A DNA stretch of 32,000 nt from Bellilinea caldifistulae (GTDB taxonomy: Bacteria > Chloroflexota > Anaerolineae > Anaerolineales > Anaerolineaceae): the NCBI RefSeq assembly GCF_001306055.1, contig NZ_LGHJ01000016.1, positions 214,992 through 246,991 on the forward strand, read 5' to 3'. A program made the translations under genes and the position numbers. The first letter of the stretch is position 1, and every line of letters begins with the position of its first letter. Shown here in pieces: positions 25,860 to 32,000 of this stretch. The notes under the pieces were generated by a model that was not told where the DNA came from, did not search any database, and saw only the letters and a list, made by a program, of their open reading frames with translations.

Positions 25860-26384
25860 TCAATCTCTTAATGCTGTAATTGGTACCACCGATTGTCCAT
25901 CCCCAAGTTCACTGAATTTTTTCTTTAAAGCATCTGCTACATGAAGAGGTACCATGCTGCTGATATCTCCACCCAGCGAGGCGATTTCTCGCACGGTTGA
26001 AGAAGAAAGGAAGGTGTGCTGTTCGCTGGTGATTAAGGCGATCATTTCAATGTCTGGATAGAGGCGATGATTGGCAAGTGCCATGCGGAATTCGTGTTCA
26101 AAATCGGAGAATACCCGCAGTCCACGGATGATCACTTGCGCGCCGACATTTTTACAAAATTCGACGGTCAGACCGCTATAACCGACCACTGTAAATTTGG
26201 GTTCAGCATAAAACGTTTGTTGTACAAGTTTCAGCCTCTCTTCGGGGGTGAACAGCAAATTTTTTAACGGTTTGTTATAGACGGCGATAATGACTTCATC
26301 GAATAGGCGGGCTGCCCGACGGGCAATGTCCATATGTCCGTAATGGATTGGGTCGAATGTTCCGGGGAATACAGCTCTGACCAT
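25860..26384 (-). CDS. coaD: Phosphopantetheine adenylyltransferase
   Basis: AVFPGTFDPIHYGHMDI (T/HxGH nucleotidyltransferase motif) and ISSSTVREI are present. ATG at 26384 has AGGAAG upstream; the ORF-track start at 26426 would overlap recG. Confidence 0.93.
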   Translation of the reverse strand: MVRAVFPGTFDPIHYGHMDIARRAARLFDEVIIAVYNKPLKNLLFTPEERLKLVQQTFYAEPKFTVVGYSGLTVEFCKNVGAQVIIRGLRVFSDFEHEFRMALANHRLYPDIEMIALITSEQHTFLSSSTVREIASLGGDISSMVPLHVADALKKKFSELGDGQSVVPITALRD

Positions 26385-26395
26385 TGGCTTCTTCC

Positions 26396-28858
26396 TTAGC
26401 TGATATCTCCTCGTCCTTCCCCCCAAAATGCATTCAATTTTTCTAGAAGGGGTTGGTAACGAGGGTCACTTAATTGTGGGTCTTTTTCAAATAATTGTTG
26501 AGCAAGGTTGCGGGCTTTTTCAATGGTGTGAATATCGGTCAGGTTGGCGATTCGTAAATCAGCAAAACCAGCCTGGCGGGTACCTAAAAATTCCCCGGGG
26601 CCGCGCTGTTGGAGATCGCGCTCGGCGAGAACAAACCCGTCATTGGTTTCGACCATGGCGGATAATCGTTCGTTTTCGGCGGCATCTTCATCATCCGGTA
26701 TAAGGATACAGTAGGACTTTGCGTTTCCCCTGCCTACTCTGCCGCGGAACTGATGCAGTTGAGCCAGTCCAAAACGATTTGCCCCCTCGATTAACATCAC
26801 AGTGGCATTGGGCACATCTACCCCAACTTCTATGACTGAGGTCGAGACCAGAATATGGTATTGTTTATCACGAAATTGACGCATCACATGCTCTTTTTCT
26901 TCGGGACGCATTCTGCCGTGCAGAAGACCGATTTTCAAATCCGGGAAGATCTCACTTTGAAGGCGTTGTTGTTCCTGGACTGCAGCGAGGGTATCTTCCG
27001 TTTGGGAGAGTTCTTGATCCACAAGGGGGTAAATGATAAATGCCTGATAACCTTGACGGATCTGGGAACGGATAAAGGAGTAAGCGCGTTCTCGCTCCAG
27101 AGGGGTAAAGATATGCGTTTCGATGGGTTGACGCCCGGCGGGCATCTCATCCATTACCGAAAGGTCGAGATCGCCGTAAATAGTCAAAGCCAGGGATCGG
27201 GGGATGGGGGTTGCTGTCATCACCAGCAAGTGAGGATTATCCCCTTTTGCACGTAAAGCCGAGCGTTGTGCCACCCCGAAACGATGTTGTTCATCTATCA
27301 CTGCCAGCTGAAGGTGTTGAAACTCAATCGGATCTTCAATGAGGGCATGTGTCCCAATCAATAATTTGATTTCGCCAGAAAGAAGACCCTGACGAACCTC
27401 CTGTTTTTCTCTTTCGGGGGTATCACCGACTAATAAGCGTACCTCACCCGGAGCAAAAGGTGCCGGGTCGTCCGGATCTGCCCGCACAAAAAATTTTTGG
27501 AAACTGCGATAATGTTGTTCAGCAAGAATGCTGGTTGGAGCCATCAGGGCTGCCTGTGAGCCTGAGGCGGTAACCATGGCAATGGCTAAGGCAGCTACCA
27601 CTGTTTTCCCCGAACCCACATCGCCTTGAAGCAAGCGGTTCATGGGACGGCCGGAAGATAAATCAGTCCGAATTTCGTGTACGGCCCTTTGTTGGGCGTT
27701 TGTCAATTGGAAGGGAAGCCGGTTGATTTGGGTCGTCAACCAATCATCAGAAACATGGAAAATGCGGGCAGCCCGGTTTTGCCAACTTTGTTTTTGTCGC
27801 AATACGCCTAATTGAATGAGAAAAATTTCATCAAAAGCCAGTCTCTGACGGGCGGCGTGGAGGTTGGTGTGATTATCGGGGAAGTGAATCTGGCGCAGGG
27901 CATTGGAAAGCGGGAGCAGATTACCGGCAGAGCGAATTTCATCGGGAAGAAAATCCGCAATTCGGGTTGCCCAAAATGTAACGGTCTGGTACATAATCCG
28001 TCGGAGCACTTTTTGAGTGAGCCCGGCGGTTAATGGATAAACCGGCACAATTCGATTGGTGTGGAGATGCTCTTGATCCACCAATTCCCATTCGGGATTA
28101 TTCATGCATAATCGGCCGAGATACATATCTACTTTACCGGAAAGGACAACCTGAACACCAGGGCGGATATTTTTGTCCAGCCAGGGCTGATTGAACCAGG
28201 AAACCCGAAGCGAACCGGTGCCGTCTGAAATAACCGCCTCAAATAAAGTGCGATTGCCTTTAATTTCTCGAAGTTGAGATTTCAGCACGGTGCCGGCAAC
28301 TGATAACTCATCTCCAAAATTCAACTGATTGATGGGCTTCATCTTTGAGAAGTCATCATAGCGACGGGGGAAGAAGTAGAGTAAGTCTTCCAGCCTGTGA
28401 AGCCCCAATTTTTCAAGGTTTTTAGCGTTCTTAGGGCCGATGCCGGGCAAGACCTTCAGGCTGGCATCCAATCCGGCGGGTTTGCTGGTTTCTTCTCTGG
28501 ATGAAGGGCGGAGATGATTGGTGGGAAGGCGGTTTTTGGTTGGGCTTAATTGAGGGTAATCAATTTTGTCAACTTCCGGGGAAGTGTTGGGAGAATCCGG
28601 TGTGAAATTTGAGGTGTTATCGGCGATTTGAAGAATTTCCTGGACAATTTGCTCACGCTGTTCTAATGAGAGGGTGGGGTATTGAGCCAACCGGCTGCAA
28701 ATTTGTTGAATAATGGAAGGTGGAACTCCTTCTCGATTGGCTTCTTGTTCCCAGGCGGGGATAATTTTATCCAATCCCCCCACAACAGCACGATTGTCAA
28801 AGCCTCGTTCGACTTCAAGTTTGAGAAACTTTTTAATTTTTTCCAATGCGGTTGACAT
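26396..28858 (-). CDS. recG: ATP-dependent DNA helicase RecG with a ~130-aa N-terminal extension
   Basis: It has the wedge-domain region, helicase motifs GDVGSGKT, DEQHRFG, MTATPIPRS and QLHQFRGRVGRG, and a TRG-like C-terminus. Confidence 0.95.
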   Translation of the reverse strand: MSTALEKIKKFLKLEVERGFDNRAVVGGLDKIIPAWEQEANREGVPPSIIQQICSRLAQYPTLSLEQREQIVQEILQIADNTSNFTPDSPNTSPEVDKIDYPQLSPTKNRLPTNHLRPSSREETSKPAGLDASLKVLPGIGPKNAKNLEKLGLHRLEDLLYFFPRRYDDFSKMKPINQLNFGDELSVAGTVLKSQLREIKGNRTLFEAVISDGTGSLRVSWFNQPWLDKNIRPGVQVVLSGKVDMYLGRLCMNNPEWELVDQEHLHTNRIVPVYPLTAGLTQKVLRRIMYQTVTFWATRIADFLPDEIRSAGNLLPLSNALRQIHFPDNHTNLHAARQRLAFDEIFLIQLGVLRQKQSWQNRAARIFHVSDDWLTTQINRLPFQLTNAQQRAVHEIRTDLSSGRPMNRLLQGDVGSGKTVVAALAIAMVTASGSQAALMAPTSILAEQHYRSFQKFFVRADPDDPAPFAPGEVRLLVGDTPEREKQEVRQGLLSGEIKLLIGTHALIEDPIEFQHLQLAVIDEQHRFGVAQRSALRAKGDNPHLLVMTATPIPRSLALTIYGDLDLSVMDEMPAGRQPIETHIFTPLERERAYSFIRSQIRQGYQAFIIYPLVDQELSQTEDTLAAVQEQQRLQSEIFPDLKIGLLHGRMRPEEKEHVMRQFRDKQYHILVSTSVIEVGVDVPNATVMLIEGANRFGLAQLHQFRGRVGRGNAKSYCILIPDDEDAAENERLSAMVETNDGFVLAERDLQQRGPGEFLGTRQAGFADLRIANLTDIHTIEKARNLAQQLFEKDPQLSDPRYQPLLEKLNAFWGEGRGDIS

Positions 28859-28917
28859 GAAATAATTTTACCCTATTCTCCAATGCAGGCGATTGTTCGG
28901 GGCGTGTCAAAGTTCTT

Positions 28918-29778
28918 TTATACGATATCGGATACCGTTTCCACGGCTATCAACCCCACCATTTTAGGGCTGAAAAGGAGGGCGGTTGCCAAATTGAGAT
29001 TATGTTCACTGTAAGAAGTTTGGGGATAATTTTCAAGAAATACCTGGCGCATACTTCGAGTTTCAGGTAACAACGGTGGAACACTTTGGACAACGGCAAT
29101 GTGATGCAGGTTGTCAAACTCCTCAACAAATTCGATGAAGAATTCGGAAATGTTGCGGATGTTGCGCATTTTTTCAATGGGAGTCAGGCGTTCGTCCTCA
29201 AAGGAAAATACCGGCATCATTGAAAGAAATTCACCTGTGATGGCCTGTGCCGGGTCTATGATGCCGTTTTGAGCGAGGTAAGAAAGACCCGGGCAGCAAA
29301 CAATGGTGTAAGTGTGAGCGGCTTGTTGCCTGACAACATGCTCCACTTCTCCCAAATTTGCCCCATCGTGGATGATCTGGGCTGCCAGTTGTGCCAGCAT
29401 TCCCAATCCGGCTGAAAAGGTGTTGGTGTCAATCACCACCACCGGCAATCTGCCTTGAAGACTGGACGCAGCGAGGCTGGCATTTTGGAATGTACTGCTA
29501 AGGTGCGAGGAATGCGCCAATACCAGCACTTCGTCGAACTCGCTGCCCATACTGGTTAAGATCTGGTTGAATTTTTCGGGGGTGGGAGGAAGCAGTTTGG
29601 GTGCATCCTGCCCTCTAATTGATGGCGGAAGTTGAGATACCTTAAGGCTGTCTCCTCCCGGGTAAATTTTGCCATTCAAAGCAACATCATGAGTGGCGAT
29701 TCGAATCAAATTTTGTCCCGGAAATGAGTGGCGAGGAAATTGAGCAGTATTGTCAACCAGGACGCCAATCTTTCGCAT
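28918..29778 (-). CDS. DegV family fatty-acid-binding protein (FakB-like)
   Basis: At 286 aa it has the DegV-type pattern (IGVLVDNTAQ...) over its full length. It lies immediately downstream of a FakA/YloV homologue. Confidence 0.85.
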   Translation of the reverse strand: MRKIGVLVDNTAQFPRHSFPGQNLIRIATHDVALNGKIYPGGDSLKVSQLPPSIRGQDAPKLLPPTPEKFNQILTSMGSEFDEVLVLAHSSHLSSTFQNASLAASSLQGRLPVVVIDTNTFSAGLGMLAQLAAQIIHDGANLGEVEHVVRQQAAHTYTIVCCPGLSYLAQNGIIDPAQAITGEFLSMMPVFSFEDERLTPIEKMRNIRNISEFFIEFVEEFDNLHHIAVVQSVPPLLPETRSMRQVFLENYPQTSYSEHNLNLATALLFSPKMVGLIAVETVSDIV

Positions 29779-29783
29779 AGGGT

Positions 29784-31463
29784 TTACTCAATCGAAATAA
29801 TCAATTGATAGTGAGGCTGTCCGCCTTCATGAATCTCCATTTCGTGGTCAGGGTATTTTTCCTGAATTTTTTCAGCAAGTTGATGGACTTCATCAACACT
29901 GATGTTTTGACCGTAAAAAAGGGTGATGCGCTCCCTCTCCTCGCTTTTTGCAGCTTTGAGCAATTCAAAGCATGCTTCTTCGAGATGGCTGGCTGAGGCT
30001 ACCAGCTGGCCATTGAGAAGTGCAATCACCTGACCTTCTTCAACCTTTACACCATTAATTTCAACGGAGCGGGTTGCCGTAGTGATTTCCCCGCTTTCAA
30101 CTTCGTTGATGGCTTCTTCCATCTCCGAGGCAATATCCTCAAGGTTCCCATCAGGATCAAAGCGCAGCATGACGTTAAGGCCTTGAGGAATAGTTTTGGT
30201 TGGGATGACCTTGACGTTTTTAACGGAAAGGGAAGCGGCATTTTGAGCCGCCAGAATAATATTTTTGTTGTTGGGCAAGATGATAATTTGGTCAGTTGGA
30301 AGGTTTTCGAATGCTCTGAGGATTTCTTCGGTGCTGGGGTTCATGGTCTGACCGCCTTCGACGATCGCATTTACTCCCAGACTCGCGAAAATCCTCGAAA
30401 GTCCTAAACCGGGCGATACAGCTACCACTGCAATTTTACCGGGCTCGCAGGGCGGAAATTCAATGGATGGCCGAGAATTCTTTTTTTCCTCCATTTGAGC
30501 CAGTAAATTTTCGATGGCGACTTTGGTGATTGTGCCAAGGCTCATGGTGTATTCAATGGGTTCATATCGCTTTTCGGTAGGAACATGAATGTGCATGCGG
30601 TACATACCATCACCTTCTCCAACTTGAATGGAAGTACCCATCTGAGAAAGGTGTTCATAGAAGCGATCTAAATCCAGCGGCTGGTGAGGGCGAAAATCAA
30701 CCACGACCTCAAAATCCTGTCCCGGCTCAATTTCTTCCATGGTTTCCTCTAAGTTCATCGCAGTGATCGGCTGGATGCTGGTGGTGGGGGTTTCTAAAGA
30801 TTGTCCCTTTAGGTAACGTAACATTCCTTCCAGGATGATAAACAAACCTTTACCACCGGAATCAACCACGCCGGCTTGTTTGAGAATGGGCAGCAGCTCG
30901 GGTGTTTTTTGGACGGAAAGATCGGCTTCAAATACGATTTTTTCCAGCCATTCCATTGATAGAGGTTTGCCTTTAAAGGATTCGATGGCTGTGGCGATAT
31001 CTTTCGCAACTGTTAAAATTGTGCCTTCGACGGGGCGGACGACACCTTTATAAGCCGTGTTTTTGGCTTCAACTAATGCCTTGATGAGGATTTCCCCGTC
31101 CACCTCCTCAAAATTGTCCAAAGCACGAGCAAAACCTCTCCACAATTGAGATAAGATCACACCGGAATTACCTCTTGCTCCCATTAGAGCCCCTTGGGCA
31201 ATGGCGTGAGCAACCTTTCCCACATTTCTTTCATCGGAATGCAGGATTTCATTATAAGCAGCCTGCATTGTCAAAAGCATATTTGTGCCCGTATCACCAT
31301 CCGGCACAGGAAACACATTTAAAGAATTAACCAGTTGTTGATTGGCTTTCAACCAGAGCGTGCCGGCCTCTACCAGTCTTTTAAGCCCAATTCCATCCAG
31401 TTTCCCTGCCTGGGCAATTTCCTTTGCCTGAGGCAGGGTTGTTCGATTCACATCATCAATCAT
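29784..31463 (-). CDS. fakA: DAK2-domain protein YloV / fatty acid kinase subunit FakA homologue
   Basis: It has the DhaL/DAK2 motif NVFPVPDGDTGTNM and a YloV-type C-terminal half. ATG at 31463 has GGAG 5 nt upstream; the longer ORF to 31532 overlaps the Asp23 gene. Confidence 0.88.
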   Translation of the reverse strand: MIDDVNRTTLPQAKEIAQAGKLDGIGLKRLVEAGTLWLKANQQLVNSLNVFPVPDGDTGTNMLLTMQAAYNEILHSDERNVGKVAHAIAQGALMGARGNSGVILSQLWRGFARALDNFEEVDGEILIKALVEAKNTAYKGVVRPVEGTILTVAKDIATAIESFKGKPLSMEWLEKIVFEADLSVQKTPELLPILKQAGVVDSGGKGLFIILEGMLRYLKGQSLETPTTSIQPITAMNLEETMEEIEPGQDFEVVVDFRPHQPLDLDRFYEHLSQMGTSIQVGEGDGMYRMHIHVPTEKRYEPIEYTMSLGTITKVAIENLLAQMEEKKNSRPSIEFPPCEPGKIAVVAVSPGLGLSRIFASLGVNAIVEGGQTMNPSTEEILRAFENLPTDQIIILPNNKNIILAAQNAASLSVKNVKVIPTKTIPQGLNVMLRFDPDGNLEDIASEMEEAINEVESGEITTATRSVEINGVKVEEGQVIALLNGQLVASASHLEEACFELLKAAKSEERERITLFYGQNISVDEVHQLAEKIQEKYPDHEMEIHEGGQPHYQLIISIE

Positions 31464-31491
31464 AGTGCTCCAAACCAATTCATTAGATTTT

Positions 31492-31845
31492 CTAATCCGT
31501 GTCGCTGATTCGCAATCCGCGCACGTGAACATTGACTTCTTTCACCGGTAACTCGAGCCATTTCTCGATTTGATAGCGCACATTCTCAGCGACGCTAGAA
31601 GTTACCATTTTAATCCGAGTTCCGTATTCGACAATGATATAAAGGTCAACTATAATGCCATCATCTTTGAACTCGACCTCAACACCCTTGGAAGGATCTT
31701 TGACGATTTTATTAGCAAGATCCTCTGCCAGATTCTTTGCAGCTAACCCCACAACACCGTATGATTCAATTGCTGCCATGTGGGCAATGGATGCGATGGC
31801 CCGGTGTGATACGAAAATATTGCCAAGTGGATTTGTTTCGCTCAT
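31492..31845 (-). CDS. Asp23/Gls24 family envelope-stress protein (YloU-like)
   Basis: The segment VSHRAIASIAHMAAIESYGVVGLA...V.V.V.GLRI is typical of Asp23/YloU. ATG at 31845 has GAGGGA upstream. The upstream ORF extension to 31992 looks non-coding. Confidence 0.85.
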   Translation of the reverse strand: MSETNPLGNIFVSHRAIASIAHMAAIESYGVVGLAAKNLAEDLANKIVKDPSKGVEVEFKDDGIIVDLYIIVEYGTRIKMVTSSVAENVRYQIEKWLELPVKEVNVHVRGLRISDTD

Positions 31846-32000
31846 TGTCACAATCCCTCTTTTATAAAACAATGAGATTGTTGAAAAACAAACAACTGGG
31901 ATTGACGAAAAGGGGAAAACCTTAATACAATCGAACCAAACCACTTTGGAGATCAGCGGGATGGAAAAGCAGCGTTTCGAAGAAACCGGCAAAGGATCAT

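Noticed and set aside
31868-31882. An inverted repeat AACAAT-GAG-ATTGTT upstream of the Asp23 gene.
   Set aside because: The arms are only 6 bp in AT-rich DNA. I could not define a convincing promoter around it, so its position relative to transcription signals is unknown.
31846-31992. The upstream extension of the Asp23 ORF. Similar extensions exist for fakA (31464-31532) and coaD (26385-26426).
   Set aside because: The family N-termini begin at internal ATGs that have good Shine-Dalgarno sequences. The extensions overlap upstream genes or AT-rich intergenic sequence.
31961-32000. A possible plus-strand gene start (ATG at 31961, GGAG 9 nt upstream, MEKQRFEETGKGS...) running off the window.
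   Set aside because: Only 13 codons are visible, and it does not match the L28 gene that often diverges from yloU. It is too short to assess.
1-32000. A scan of the whole window for CRISPR repeats, tRNA/rRNA genes, IS elements or terminal inverted repeats, integrases, toxin-antitoxin pairs and defence genes.
   Set aside because: None was found. Coding density is very high, every gap is 180 nt or shorter, and each gap is explained by promoters or terminators. A by-eye scan cannot exclude small ncRNAs.

Overview
This is a dense, almost gap-free chromosomal core region of about 50% GC. I call 31 protein-coding genes. I see no rRNA or tRNA genes, no CRISPR array, and no transposase, integrase or phage genes. 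Gene content and synteny look Terrabacteria-like, possibly Chloroflexota, but that cannot be settled without a database search.

Layout:
- Plus strand, 1-6221: nuoD (3' end), nuoI, a Cys-rich orphan ORF, mrp, ricT (PSP1), a PIG-L deacetylase, an M20 amidohydrolase and a signal-less BtuF-like binding protein.
- Plus strand, 6340-9972: a GntR/FadR regulator followed by korA and korB, preceded by a predicted promoter and a 12-bp palindrome.
- Minus strand: pyk-sseA, then argF-rocD with a clean hairpin terminator.
- Plus strand: ctaA, which converges on and overlaps the next string by 81 nt.
- Minus strand, 21223-15686: seven genes in a row, namely DUF503, an atypical SDR, a TIGR03960 radical SAM protein, TIGR03936, a Zn-ribbon SpoU methyltransferase, an FmdB zinc-ribbon peptide and a KDSR-like SDR.
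- Plus strand: folC and lon, ending at a bidirectional terminator.
- Minus strand, 31845-25297: asp23, fakA (yloV), degV, recG, coaD and a coiled-coil protein.

I do not see a convincing self-contained novel system. There is no defence, secretion, mobile-element or obvious biosynthetic-island signature. The best follow-up candidates are:
1. The unassignable 4-Cys small ORF between nuoI and an Mrp homologue that lacks its CxxC motif.
2. The radical SAM / DUF2344 / Zn-ribbon methyltransferase / Cys-rich FmdB peptide / KDSR-like reductase string.
3. An SDR whose catalytic Tyr and Lys are replaced.

All functional assignments come from motif recognition by eye and from memory of protein families. 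No searches were run.
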